Shown here one piece after another: positions 29,130 through 39,375 of a stretch of DNA of 64,000 bases. The position numbers and the translations under genes are program-made. How positions within the stretch are numbered: the first letter of the stretch is position 1; the number at the start of each line of letters is the position of its first letter. The DNA is taken from assembly GCA_965208675.1 (NCBI GenBank), contig OZ242351.1:3136001-3200000 (forward strand), read 5' to 3'. The DNA comes from Candidatus Poribacteria bacterium. GTDB lineage: Bacteria > Poribacteria > WGA-4E > PCPOR2b. The notes beneath the pieces are model-generated. The model was not told the origin of the DNA. It made no database searches and saw only the letters and a list, made by a program, of their open reading frames with translations.

Positions 29130-30569
29130 TCACAGTTTTATCAATACAACAATCAAGATAATAGCAAACACGATTCCTACGAACACCATCCAACCTGTAA
29201 CTGACACCAACTTTGATAAAATTAGTTGATTTGACTGGTCAAGTTCGGCTTTCATTTTTGCGATAAGGGATGCTTTATCTTCGTCATACCGAGAAGAACG
29301 ATTATCTTCAGATTTAGTGCCAACTAATTCTTTTAATATTGCTTTTATCTGCTTCTGAAGAAACACGAGGCGTTCCTCGGCGCGAAGACTCAAATCGCCA
29401 ATCTCATCGATGGGAATCTCGCCGTCAAAGTCGGGAAACCATTGGGGATGTTGCTGTCTAAGTCGATCCACCTCACCGTCAAATAGGTCGAGTTGAATCC
29501 GCGATTCCAATTGTTGGCCACGGTATTCGTCCTTGAATTCGTAATCGTGGCAACATTGCCGAAGTTCGGCTCTAACGCTTTCATTTTTATAGAAGGAAAC
29601 GTTCTCTATTGCCACATCAAGGAATTTTACTCTATCTTGCTCAAAGGCTTTCCTGACTTCTTCAGGTTTGCGGCAGTGCCACTCCGAACCGGCATAAAAT
29701 GCTTGCCTCAAAGCAATATCATCGCTGTCCTTTATTTTTTCATCCTCTAGTAGCCTGCCCAGAGCCGCGCGACATTTGCGATATAAGCCATGTTTATCCT
29801 CGTTACCTTCGACTCTCCATCGTTTTATTGTATTCAGCACATCCATGTCGCTAGGTGCATGTGGAACTGAATAACCAAGTGGAGCTAGTGTTTCTCCAAG
29901 GTAAGCAAGTACGTTTACTGCCAATTTTTCATTGACTGGCACAGTGTTAAACAGCCTCCAAGCAGCATGGTACGGATGTTCTGTGGACGAGAGCACGAAC
30001 CACCCGATGGGGTCAGAAGACATGGCTTTCCGATAAGATTTAGGTTTAAGCATAGGATTTGAAATAGTAAATCCTATTGCCTTAAGCCATTGTTCATCAG
30101 TTAACACTTTGAAAGCATCTGTTCTTTCGTACAGGTAGACTAGCCATTTATCATAAATATATTCGTTTGAAAAGAACAACTGTAATAGTTCTACATTGTC
30201 ATCAAAAGACTGAAGCAACTCCTTTAAGACTCCAAATTCTCTATCAACAATCCAGTTGTCACTGCGCCCTAATTCAGTTGAGACTGAAGGGCCGGCCAAT
30301 AATGCCTTCTTTATTGCGGTGTCACCGTTTCTAAATAAGCGTAGCGCTATATCACTTGTCAAACGTGCATACAATGCTAATCCTAGGTCTATTAAAGGTT
30401 CGTTGCGTTCAATCAGAACTGTTTGAAGTTCTTCGCTTATTTGTCCACCAGTGAGTTGACCACGTGGTTTGCGTTCTTTTAACCACTCCAATACCGCCTC
30501 CGCATTTGCATGCGAAAGCCAGTACGATTCAAACTCTGGATTTTCCAGTATGTCTTTTTGTTCATTCAT
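29130..30569 (-). CDS. Hypothetical helical protein with C-terminal coiled coil and transmembrane helix
   Basis: 479-aa ORF; hydrophobic C-terminus WMVFVGIVFAIILIVVLIKL; visibly AT-richer than the flanks. Confidence 0.7.
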   Translation of the reverse strand: MNEQKDILENPEFESYWLSHANAEAVLEWLKERKPRGQLTGGQISEELQTVLIERNEPLIDLGLALYARLTSDIALRLFRNGDTAIKKALLAGPSVSTELGRSDNWIVDREFGVLKELLQSFDDNVELLQLFFSNEYIYDKWLVYLYERTDAFKVLTDEQWLKAIGFTISNPMLKPKSYRKAMSSDPIGWFVLSSTEHPYHAAWRLFNTVPVNEKLAVNVLAYLGETLAPLGYSVPHAPSDMDVLNTIKRWRVEGNEDKHGLYRKCRAALGRLLEDEKIKDSDDIALRQAFYAGSEWHCRKPEEVRKAFEQDRVKFLDVAIENVSFYKNESVRAELRQCCHDYEFKDEYRGQQLESRIQLDLFDGEVDRLRQQHPQWFPDFDGEIPIDEIGDLSLRAEERLVFLQKQIKAILKELVGTKSEDNRSSRYDEDKASLIAKMKAELDQSNQLILSKLVSVTGWMVFVGIVFAIILIVVLIKL

Positions 30570-30747
30570 TTTCTATTTTTGTGAAACGGAAGTCCCCGTT
30601 TCCTATGTGTTATAGTCGTTATTGAAACGGGTTTTGGTTTGGGTCAGGGGTGTATAGCGTGCCATTACGCTCGATATCATACACATTGATTCTATTTTAC
30701 CGCCGTGGCAAATGAAAAGAGGCGAGATTGCAGAGATGCGGGATGGT

Positions 30748-31815
30748 TTACTTGGCGAGAGAATAACTGAGATCGCTACAATTATATCCAAACTCACAAA
30801 TGAGTTGGTACAAAGCATCACGACGATTGTTAGCATTCATGCCTTTGAATCGGATTCTGCCGTTATTCTCATTTCGAACAAATTTCCTGCCACCTTGCGG
30901 GCCCTCAATATTCAACACTCTCTCATCTAAATTCCGTGGATTTCTGCTGTCGCGAATAATTTCGCATAGCTTTGTCAATATGTCCGACCACCTGTTTACC
31001 GGGTATGTGACTTGGTTAAACGTAAAATTTTGAAGTCTTCTGCTATTTACATCATCGTTAGGCTTGCCATCACACGCTTCATTTGGCAATTCAGCATCGC
31101 TTGGCGTTGCGTCGTCAACGTCGGCGTGGACGGGCGGATTAGGCGGGGCTGGCGTTTGATTTTGAAGATAAGGTATAAGGATGTCCTCATCGCCATCATT
31201 GAAGTTTCTGACGAATTGCATTAACTGAGGTAATATTGTTTTGCCTCGTAGGAGAGTTTCCGCGTTTTGGACACTTTTTTCAGATACGACGTTGCATCGG
31301 CTTAAGACAGATATCATCAAATGGGGCAACAGTGGTTCATGTATGGCTACTGATTCAAGGCTAAATTCATCGAACTTATCAATCTCAGATGGGAAGTAAA
31401 ACTGCCACTCTTTGCCGTTAGTAAGTACAGCCAGGTTTACCACAGGCTCGCTTTTTCCTCTCTCAAAGACGTAATTCTTTAACTGTTCTCTTTCTCCTTC
31501 TCCTAGCTTAATGTCTTCTCCTTTAGCTTCGATAATAGCCTTTAACTTTTTCTCGATTAGCAAAACATAGTCTGGCACCTCCCCTTTTCTAATACTATAG
31601 TTTGGCTTTATTTCCGAATTGTTCCAACCTAAATGAGATAGTATTGGGAAAATTAAAGCCTCGCGCACTGTTTGTTCATTTTGAGGGTTATCTTCCAGGT
31701 TCCAATTTTTTATCACCTTGTGAATATCGCTTAACACGAAAGTTCTCCTCTCCATTGCACGGTGCAAGCTTGGGCTTACCAAAAGCATTGAGTTGCGTTT
31801 CATGGAATTTGTCAC
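30748..31815 (-). CDS. HsdR_N-like PD-(D/E)xK nuclease fused to a putative SeqA-C-like DNA-binding domain
   Basis: NEQTVREALIFPILSHLGW..PDYVL..IIEAK..QLKNY..LTNGKEWQFY; Pro-rich linker; C-terminal FTFNQVTYPVNRWSDIL..MNANN..LICEFGY. Confidence 0.7.
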   Translation of the reverse strand: MTNSMKRNSMLLVSPSLHRAMERRTFVLSDIHKVIKNWNLEDNPQNEQTVREALIFPILSHLGWNNSEIKPNYSIRKGEVPDYVLLIEKKLKAIIEAKGEDIKLGEGEREQLKNYVFERGKSEPVVNLAVLTNGKEWQFYFPSEIDKFDEFSLESVAIHEPLLPHLMISVLSRCNVVSEKSVQNAETLLRGKTILPQLMQFVRNFNDGDEDILIPYLQNQTPAPPNPPVHADVDDATPSDAELPNEACDGKPNDDVNSRRLQNFTFNQVTYPVNRWSDILTKLCEIIRDSRNPRNLDERVLNIEGPQGGRKFVRNENNGRIRFKGMNANNRRDALYQLICEFGYNCSDLSYSLAK

Positions 31816-32110
31816 GAGCGACGTTTTTTAGTATGTACCCGGTAAAATCCGGTTAACCCAACCCAAAAAAACTAACGACAACCAACTCAACCGCGATAGT
31901 TTCACGTGCTTCTTACACGCAGCACCCGCATTGTAGGTTCTTTCAATTCCCATCCTCTTCATTAAAGGACACGCATCACCGCCTCAACATTGGGGATAAG
32001 TTCAATGTCCTCCCCCAATCATAGCCCATCATTTAATCACAAAAATCACAGTTCAGACAACACACCCGACCCGCGCCTACATTAGCTCCCACAAAGGACT
32101 ACGTCGCTAA

Positions 32111-32764
32111 TCAAGACACCCTACAAACCGCTCCCGAACCCGCATCACAATACCAGAAGCAATCATCCCAGCGGGTCATACCGTGCGGCTCTGGATACGG
32201 CTCGGGTATTTCAATCCTGTCAACAATCGAACCGTCCTTGAGGCTCAACCGATAAAACGCCCGGTGATTTGTTTCTACGCACCAGAGGTCGTCGCCCTCC
32301 CACGCAAGGCCGTGCGGACGGTCTCCCGGCGCCGGGATAGAATGCAGCACGGCAAGATTATTATCCGGATCTAACTGGTAAACCGCCGCAGAAGGCGGCA
32401 CCGCCACCCATAACCTGCCGTCTCGCCATTCTAATCCGTGCGCCCCTGACCCCTGCGCGCCTGGTGTCGGATAGGCGGCAAGCGTCCTCCCGCTTGCCGG
32501 GTCGGCTTTAAAAATTGCAGGTCCATCGGCTGCTATGCGCGTCGGCGTTAGAGTCGATGCAAGCCAAAGGTTCGTACCGTCCACCGTAATGCCGCTCCCG
32601 TGCACGGAATCTGTGTCGATAGCTTTCAAAGCTTCCCCTGCATAGGAGACCAAGACGGCTTGATTCGAGACCTGATCCAGAAACCAAATCCCTCCTTCTG
32701 TGGCTTGCATTCCATTTGGTTGGCGTCCCGGAAAGTCAAACATTTTCTCTATTTTAACTTCCAT
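32111..32764 (-). CDS. Small beta-propeller protein (glutaminyl cyclase/Vgb-like)
   Basis: Repeated PGxxPHG(L/M)xW blades. Confidence 0.7.
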   Translation of the reverse strand: MEVKIEKMFDFPGRQPNGMQATEGGIWFLDQVSNQAVLVSYAGEALKAIDTDSVHGSGITVDGTNLWLASTLTPTRIAADGPAIFKADPASGRTLAAYPTPGAQGSGAHGLEWRDGRLWVAVPPSAAVYQLDPDNNLAVLHSIPAPGDRPHGLAWEGDDLWCVETNHRAFYRLSLKDGSIVDRIEIPEPYPEPHGMTRWDDCFWYCDAGSGAVCRVS

Positions 32765-32809
32765 AAAAACCCCTCATAACGACGCGCATCTGCCGTGTAA
32801 TCTGACGTA

Positions 32810-33838
32810 CTAATCGAAGAGTTTTGACTTCGCTTCAATGATTTGTATCCGGCGTTGGGCTTCGGCTATCAAATCTTTTAAGGCGGCATTCTCGCTTGCA
32901 AGACGGATAAACGACCTGTATTGGGCAATCGCTTCTGCATTGCGCCCCTGCCGCTCATAAATAAATCCAAGATTCGCGTATGTCTCTGCCAAGTTCGGGT
33001 TGATTTGAATCGCCTCCTTGTAGGCAGCAATCGCCTCGTCCCATCTGTTCAAATCCTCATAGGCATATCCGAGATTGTTGTGCGCCTCCGCGTAGTTTGG
33101 GTTGAGGCGGATGGCTGTCTTGTACGCCTCAACCGCGCCCTCGAATCTGCCCTGTTTACGATACACGATTCCCAGATTGGTATATGTTTCTGCGTAGTTC
33201 GGGTCAATCTCGATCGCCTTTTTGTATGCGGAAATAGCGCCGTCGAATTTGCCCTGTTGCTGATACACAATTCCTAGATTGGTGTGCAGCACCGGACTGA
33301 TCGGGTCAATTTGCACTGCCGTTGTGAACGCTGCTATCGCTGCTTCAAAATCGCCCTGTATTCCATACGCTTTTCCGAGGTTGTTATACGCCGCCGAAAA
33401 GTCTGCCTTGATACGGATTGCCGCTTTGAATTCAGGGATAGCCTTGTCAAGCTCCTCCATCTGCTGATAGACAATTCCCAGATTGTAGCGCACCGCTTCA
33501 TCGGTGGGATTGACCTCGACCGCCTTCTGCCATCTGGAGAGGACATCACTCAACGCTTTTTTTGCGTCGGGCGTGTCTATCCCCCCGAGCGCAAAAGCGG
33601 CGCCGCTCCGATTCAACGCCGCCTTATCATTCTGCAGCATATCTGTTAATGCCGGAACAGCCGCGTGAGCGAGTTCGCCCATCCCGCCCAAGGTAATCGC
33701 AGCGCGCCGCCGAACGGACGCATCCGCGGCGTCAAGCTGTTTAATCAGCGACGCTATTCGCGGTTCATCGGCGCCGAACAAGTTTATCGTGGTACCCAAA
33801 AGACATAAAAGCGCAAAAACACTCGTCCTGCGTCTCAC
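32810..33838 (-). CDS. Secreted HEAT-repeat + TPR protein
   Basis: Signal peptide; VRRRAAITLG..AVPAL HEAT repeats; about six YxNLG..Y..AIxINP TPRs. Confidence 0.9.
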   Translation of the reverse strand: MRRRTSVFALLCLLGTTINLFGADEPRIASLIKQLDAADASVRRRAAITLGGMGELAHAAVPALTDMLQNDKAALNRSGAAFALGGIDTPDAKKALSDVLSRWQKAVEVNPTDEAVRYNLGIVYQQMEELDKAIPEFKAAIRIKADFSAAYNNLGKAYGIQGDFEAAIAAFTTAVQIDPISPVLHTNLGIVYQQQGKFDGAISAYKKAIEIDPNYAETYTNLGIVYRKQGRFEGAVEAYKTAIRLNPNYAEAHNNLGYAYEDLNRWDEAIAAYKEAIQINPNLAETYANLGFIYERQGRNAEAIAQYRSFIRLASENAALKDLIAEAQRRIQIIEAKSKLFD

Positions 33839-33969
33839 TGAAAATTTTTCCTATCAAGTCAGGAACAAATGAAAAGTTTGTATGCTTTAGAATGAATCTG
33901 CACACCCTACGGCAATATAGCCGTCAACCTTATGTTTGGGGTTCTCTACACGGCTATCACGCCAAATCT

Positions 33970-34968
33970 TTACCTAATTTTGTTATTTGCTACGTTCTCC
34001 TGCTTCAGCCAACCCCAAGTCAGTGCGTGCTTGCCGGCAGGTGATACGGAGAAAATCGTCACGAATTCAGGGTCGAACCACGCTGCGGCGCGGTTAAAGT
34101 TGCCTATCGTTGGAAGTTCTGTGCGATTTCCTTTTCCATCAGCATCTTGAATGATAATCTTCGCTACGCCGCCCCCGAACGTAGTCGTAGCAAGTTCTTT
34201 GCCGTCCGGTGACCACTCAGGGTCTCTACAACATCCGATTTTTATCTGGTTTTTGCCATTTGCGCCCATTACAAAGATTTCAGCATGCCCGGAGCGTTCC
34301 GTAATCCAAGCGATTTTTTCATTGTCCGGCGACCATGCAGGGTGCGAGTCCTTGGCGCGGTGATTGGTCAGATTTTGCAGGTTTTCTCCGTTCGCGTCCA
34401 TGAGGTGGAGGTCTCCAATCGTCTTACCCCGTTTCGAAGAGAAGGCAATCTTTCGAGCGTCCCGCGACCACGCGGGTTGGATGTCGGCGGCGGGGTCGTT
34501 AGTAATATTCTCAATGATTTGCCCTGCCGCGTTCATCGTATAGATTTCAAAGTTCCCGTCGCGGTTGGACGTGAAGGCTAGCTTCCCACCCCCAGGATGC
34601 CAGTTCGGCCAACTGTCTTCTGCGGCATCGTCGGTGAGCCGTTTCAACTTCATTCCATCCCCATTCACTACGTAGACATCAATGTTCTTCTTCGATTCAG
34701 TGTGGAATGCCAACCTTGTGCCGTCCGGCGACCACTCCAATCCCAACGGTTGCCCGTTAACCAACAGCAGTGCACGCTGATTGTTGCCGTCGGGGTTCAT
34801 CAACCAGATATTGCCCTCGTCCGCGTTAGTAGAGACCGCGAGGGTTGGATTGTTCGGTGCTTTCGACTCGGCGCGTGACAGGAACATCGCACCCATTAGT
34901 AAAAGCACAACTAAAATAATTCTCAAGATTTCTGTTTTCTGATTTTGGATAGTCCTCACCCCCTGCAA
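33970..34968 (-). CDS. Secreted TolB-like (PD40) beta-propeller, array member 8
   Basis: WSPDG repeats; ends AWFDPEFVTIFSVSPAGKHALTWGWLK; start uncertain. Confidence 0.88.
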   Translation of the reverse strand: MQGVRTIQNQKTEILRIILVVLLLMGAMFLSRAESKAPNNPTLAVSTNADEGNIWLMNPDGNNQRALLLVNGQPLGLEWSPDGTRLAFHTESKKNIDVYVVNGDGMKLKRLTDDAAEDSWPNWHPGGGKLAFTSNRDGNFEIYTMNAAGQIIENITNDPAADIQPAWSRDARKIAFSSKRGKTIGDLHLMDANGENLQNLTNHRAKDSHPAWSPDNEKIAWITERSGHAEIFVMGANGKNQIKIGCCRDPEWSPDGKELATTTFGGGVAKIIIQDADGKGNRTELPTIGNFNRAAAWFDPEFVTIFSVSPAGKHALTWGWLKQENVANNKIR

Positions 34969-35030
34969 TACCAGAGATAAGATAGTTCTCTCAAATCAAA
35001 TCGGGCGGCAATTGAAAAATTTGGTATAGT

Positions 35031-36008
35031 TTATTGTTCGTTACGCGCCGCCTTCTTCAACCAGCCCCAAGTCAGTGCCTGCTTCTCGGCAGGCGACACT
35101 GAGAATACCGTCACAAAATCAGGGTCAAACCACGCGGGCGCACGGCTGACATTGCTGACCCCCGGTAGTTCCAGCTGAGGTCCTTTTCCGTCCGCATCCC
35201 GGATGAAAATCCTTGAACCGCCCCCAAATGTTGCGCCGGCAATCTTTTCTCCGTCCGGAGACCACTCCGGATCGCGGCAACACGCGATGGGTACCTGATT
35301 TGCACCATCGGCAGCATCCATCGCATAGATGTTGGCAGCACCCGTTCGGTTCGAGATAAACGCAATCTTCCGCTCATCCGGCGACCATGCGGCATGGGTA
35401 TTCGCCGAGCGGTTATTCGTCAGATTTCGCAGGTTCTCCCCGTTCGGGTCCATGACGTAAATGTCCCCAAGCGACCTCCCTCGTTTCGACGTAAACGCCA
35501 TTTTTCGTCCGTCCGGCGACCACGCGGGATCGGTGTCCTTTACCGCGTCGTTCGTAAGGTTCTTCAGCGCCTGGCCCCCATCCGTCATCGTGTAGATTTC
35601 AAAGTTCCCGTCCCGATTGGTCGTGAAGGCAATCGTTTTGCCGCTGGGATGCCAGCTCGGTCGGCTGTCTTCCGCTGCATCGTCGGTGAGCCGTTTAAGG
35701 TTTTTCCCGTTGGCATTCACCACATAGACATCAATGTTCTTCCTCACTTCGGTATGGAACGCAAGCCTCCGCCCGTCTGGCGACCATTCCAGACCCAACG
35801 GCAGTGGATTAGCGTCAATCGCCAACAGCGGGCGGACATCTTCACCTTCCAAATTCATCAACCAGATAATCGCACCCTCGCCTACACTGGAAACCGCAAG
35901 CGTTGGCTTCTTAGGCGCTTGCGCATGGACGTGCGTCAAAAGTACGCCATTGATAAAAAGAAACACGACAACAGACACAACACAACGCCGAATTTTCTGA
36001 ATTTGCAT
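35031..36008 (-). CDS. Secreted TolB-like beta-propeller, array member 7
   Basis: PD40 repeats; FSVSPAEKQALTWGWLK. Confidence 0.88.
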   Translation of the reverse strand: MQIQKIRRCVVSVVVFLFINGVLLTHVHAQAPKKPTLAVSSVGEGAIIWLMNLEGEDVRPLLAIDANPLPLGLEWSPDGRRLAFHTEVRKNIDVYVVNANGKNLKRLTDDAAEDSRPSWHPSGKTIAFTTNRDGNFEIYTMTDGGQALKNLTNDAVKDTDPAWSPDGRKMAFTSKRGRSLGDIYVMDPNGENLRNLTNNRSANTHAAWSPDERKIAFISNRTGAANIYAMDAADGANQVPIACCRDPEWSPDGEKIAGATFGGGSRIFIRDADGKGPQLELPGVSNVSRAPAWFDPDFVTVFSVSPAEKQALTWGWLKKAARNEQ

Positions 36009-36075
36009 AAATTGCTACCTCACTGTTTGATATCCGGAATCTGACTGATGGTTAAAACTCCAATACCAAAGCGTA

Positions 36076-37149
36076 TTAGTCATCGCCGCCAACCTGCTTA
36101 ATCCAACCCCACGTCAATACTTGTTTGTCAACAGGTGCAACCGAGAATTCAACCACCAACTTCGGATCGAACCACGCCGGCGAGCGGTTCTGCAAGCCGA
36201 TGTTTGGGAGATCATTCCAGTTCAGATTGCCGGTCGCCGGGTGGATACGGATGTTCGCTTGGCCGCCGCCGAGCGCCGCCGCGGCAATGTGTTTCCCGTC
36301 CGGCGACCAACTCGCCTCCCTGTTGGGGAAACCGCCCGCCTTTGGGTCTTGAAGATCGCTAATCTTCAATAAATTCCCGCCGTCCGCGGCATCCATCGTC
36401 CAAATCTCATCATTGCCGCTTCGACGAGACGTCCAAGCAATCATTTTGTTGTCCCACGACCATGTCGGTTGGATATCTTCGCCTCGAACATCAGTAAGGT
36501 TCTGCAGAATCTCCCCTTCACCATCCATAAGGTAGATGTCTCCAAGGGATTTGCCTCGTTTCGATGCAAAGGCAATCTGCCGCCCGTTTCGCGACCATGC
36601 CGGATACTGGTCCTTGGCTGGATCGTTCGTCAGGTTACCCAAAATGTCACCCCGCATATTCATCGTGTAAATCTCATAATTCCCGTCACGATTAGTTTGG
36701 AATGCCATCCTTAGGCCGCTAGGATGCCAGGTGGGCCAACTGTCTTCCGCCTCGTGGTTGGTAAGTTTTTCGAGATTTTCGCCGTTGGCATCCACCACGT
36801 AGATATCAATGTTGTCTTCCAATTTGGTGAAGAACGCAATTTGGTTGCCGTCCGGAGACCATTGCAAGCCCGAGGGTATCGGGTCTCCGTCAATTTCTAG
36901 AATGAATCGCGGGTTCTTCCCATCGGGGCTGCGCATCCATATACCTACCCCTTCACCCGCATTAGTCGTGAGTGCGATGACTTCCCTCGCGGGCGCTTTT
37001 GCACCCGCCCCCACAACTAATACTGCGTTGCTCAATACCAACATCCCCAAGAACCAGACACACATCAACACTATTCGATTTTGCACCGTAATCACCTCAT
37101 TGATTAAAGGTTTATGCGTAACCGCGTTTAAGAATGTGAGGTCTCGCAT
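36076..37149 (-). CDS. Secreted TolB-like beta-propeller, array member 6
   Basis: PD40 repeats; FSVAPVDKQVLTWGWIK; true start probably about 60 nt downstream. Confidence 0.88.
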   Translation of the reverse strand: MRDLTFLNAVTHKPLINEVITVQNRIVLMCVWFLGMLVLSNAVLVVGAGAKAPAREVIALTTNAGEGVGIWMRSPDGKNPRFILEIDGDPIPSGLQWSPDGNQIAFFTKLEDNIDIYVVDANGENLEKLTNHEAEDSWPTWHPSGLRMAFQTNRDGNYEIYTMNMRGDILGNLTNDPAKDQYPAWSRNGRQIAFASKRGKSLGDIYLMDGEGEILQNLTDVRGEDIQPTWSWDNKMIAWTSRRSGNDEIWTMDAADGGNLLKISDLQDPKAGGFPNREASWSPDGKHIAAAALGGGQANIRIHPATGNLNWNDLPNIGLQNRSPAWFDPKLVVEFSVAPVDKQVLTWGWIKQVGGDD

Positions 37150-37163
37150 ATCAATCTAGCAAG

Positions 37164-38165
37164 TCAATCATCTTGCACTATTTGCTTTACCCATCCCCAC
37201 GTCATAGGACGTTTCTCAACTGGCGTAACGGAGAACTCAACTACGAATTTCGGATCGAACCACGCTGGGGAACGGTCTTGGGCGCCGATTGCCTGCAGGT
37301 CCATCCAATTCAGGTTGCCCTTTGCCGAATGCACGCGAATAGTCGCGCTGCCGCCCCCAAGTGCCGCCGAAGCGATGAGTTTGCCATCCGGCGACCAAGA
37401 GGGTTCCCGAACTCGAAAGCCTGCCGCTTTAGGATCTTGGAGATCGCTAATCTGCCTGACATTCGCGCCGTCCGCGTCCATCGCCCAAATTTCTGCTGCG
37501 CCATTTCGAGCAGAGGTCCACGCAATCTGCTTGCCGTCCCAAGACCACCTAGGTTGAAAATCTTCACCCCGAACGTTCGTGAGATTTTCCAAAATCTCGC
37601 CATTCTGGCTCATCAGGAATATATCTCCCAGCGTCTTCCCGCGTTTGGAGGCAAACGCTATCCGTCGAGCGTCCGGCGACCACGCCGGATAGTGGTCCTT
37701 GACCGCGTCATTGGTCAGGTTGTCCAGAATATCCCCGCGTGACGTCATTGTGTAAATCTCAAGATTGCCGTCACGGTTGGTGTGGAAAGCTATCTTCTGC
37801 CCGCTGGGGTGCCATGTGGGCCAGCTATCCTCTGACTCGTGTTCCGTGAGCCTACGAAGGTTTTCTCCGTCGCCGTTCACCACGTAAATATCGACGTTTT
37901 TATCTAACTCCGTGTGAAATGCTATCTTTGTTCCGTCCGGAGACCACACCAAACCCGACGGCATAGGATTACCGTCAATCGGCAAAATGAGGCGTGCGCC
38001 ACCTCCGTTATCATTCATCAGCCAGATGCCCACGTCGCCATCACTTGCAACCGCAATGGTCGACCGATTCGGCGCTTGTGCTTCTACGTCCATCGCAAGC
38101 ACCGTGCTGTACAAGAGCGGAAGACAGAAACAAATTACACGTGATAATGTTTTTTGTATTTCCAT
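37164..38165 (-). CDS. Secreted TolB-like beta-propeller, array member 5
   Basis: PD40 repeats; FSVTPVEKRPMTWGWVK; RBS GGAGG. Confidence 0.88.
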   Translation of the reverse strand: MEIQKTLSRVICFCLPLLYSTVLAMDVEAQAPNRSTIAVASDGDVGIWLMNDNGGGARLILPIDGNPMPSGLVWSPDGTKIAFHTELDKNVDIYVVNGDGENLRRLTEHESEDSWPTWHPSGQKIAFHTNRDGNLEIYTMTSRGDILDNLTNDAVKDHYPAWSPDARRIAFASKRGKTLGDIFLMSQNGEILENLTNVRGEDFQPRWSWDGKQIAWTSARNGAAEIWAMDADGANVRQISDLQDPKAAGFRVREPSWSPDGKLIASAALGGGSATIRVHSAKGNLNWMDLQAIGAQDRSPAWFDPKFVVEFSVTPVEKRPMTWGWVKQIVQDD

Positions 38166-38291
38166 AGCTTACAACCTCCCAACGAAAGCGTGCGTGTACG
38201 AAAGAATATGTGATGCCGCTATCTCTACACCGCTGCCCATTATATCCAAATCGGTTTTCAACTGAAAATGAATATAGGTAGTTAGTATTCG

Positions 38292-39362
38292 TTATCGTCC
38301 TGCCAGCTTCAACCAGCCCCAGGTCAAAGGCTGTTTCTCCGCCGCGGAGACGGAAAATGCACCCACGAAGGCCGGATCAAACCAAGCCGGCGACCTATCT
38401 TCACCGCCCACCGCCGGTAAATCTTGCCACTCCAGATTGCCATCCGAAGGATGGATTCGGATGTTAATTACTCCTCCCTGTCCAAACGCCGTCGAGGCAA
38501 TACGTCCGCCGTCAGGCGCCCACGTAACATCCCTATTTCTCACTCCCGGCGCTCTGGGGTCCTGGAGGTCGCTAATCTTCATCGGATTCGCTCCATCCGC
38601 CTCCATTGACCAAATCTCCCCAGCACCGTTACGGCGAGAGGTCCACGCAATTCGATTCCCGTCCCGCGACCACTTGGGTTGAATATCTTCGCCGCGAACG
38701 TTGGTGAGATTTCGTACGTTCTCACCGCTCGAATCCATCACAAAGATGTCCCCAAGAGTCTTCCCCCGTTTGGAAGCGAAGGCTATCGTTCTACCATCTG
38801 GCGACCACGAGGGGTACTGGTCTTGCACCGAGTCGTTCGTGATATTTTCCAATGCCTCTCCCGCCGATGTCATTGCATAGATTTCAAGGTTCCCATCGCG
38901 TTTCGTGGAAAAGGCAAGCCTTTCCCCTTCCGGGTGCCAAGCCGCCCAGCTATCTTCTCCCGGATGGTCCGTCAGTCTCTTGAGATTTTCCCCGCCGGCG
39001 TCTACAACGTAGACATCAATGTTCCCTTCTAATTCGGCATGGAACGCAATCTGTTTCCCGTTGAATGACCAAGTTAAGCCCGACGGCAGCGAGTCCTCTC
39101 CAACCTCTAAAACCAACCGAGGATTCTCTCCTTCGGGGGTCATAAACCAGATGCCTACCCCTTTCCTCACGTCCGTAGCAAACGCAATTGTCGGCTCGTC
39201 CGGCACCTCAGCCGGCGCGTTCCCGATGAGTATCGCACTCAGTAGTAGTAACAGCCAGACCGAATACACCGCACACATCAAAAATTTCTGAATGCACATC
39301 CTGTGGTCCCTTTTGTGGTATTGAAAATTCGCGGTGTGTGTCAGCGCGTCATTCCGCCGCAC
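38292..39362 (-). CDS. Secreted TolB-like beta-propeller, array member 4
   Basis: PD40 repeats; FSVSAAEKQPLTWGWLK; start probably MCIQK. Confidence 0.88.
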   Translation of the reverse strand: MRRNDALTHTANFQYHKRDHRMCIQKFLMCAVYSVWLLLLLSAILIGNAPAEVPDEPTIAFATDVRKGVGIWFMTPEGENPRLVLEVGEDSLPSGLTWSFNGKQIAFHAELEGNIDVYVVDAGGENLKRLTDHPGEDSWAAWHPEGERLAFSTKRDGNLEIYAMTSAGEALENITNDSVQDQYPSWSPDGRTIAFASKRGKTLGDIFVMDSSGENVRNLTNVRGEDIQPKWSRDGNRIAWTSRRNGAGEIWSMEADGANPMKISDLQDPRAPGVRNRDVTWAPDGGRIASTAFGQGGVINIRIHPSDGNLEWQDLPAVGGEDRSPAWFDPAFVGAFSVSAAEKQPLTWGWLKLAGR

Positions 39363-39375
39363 ACACAGTCCATTG

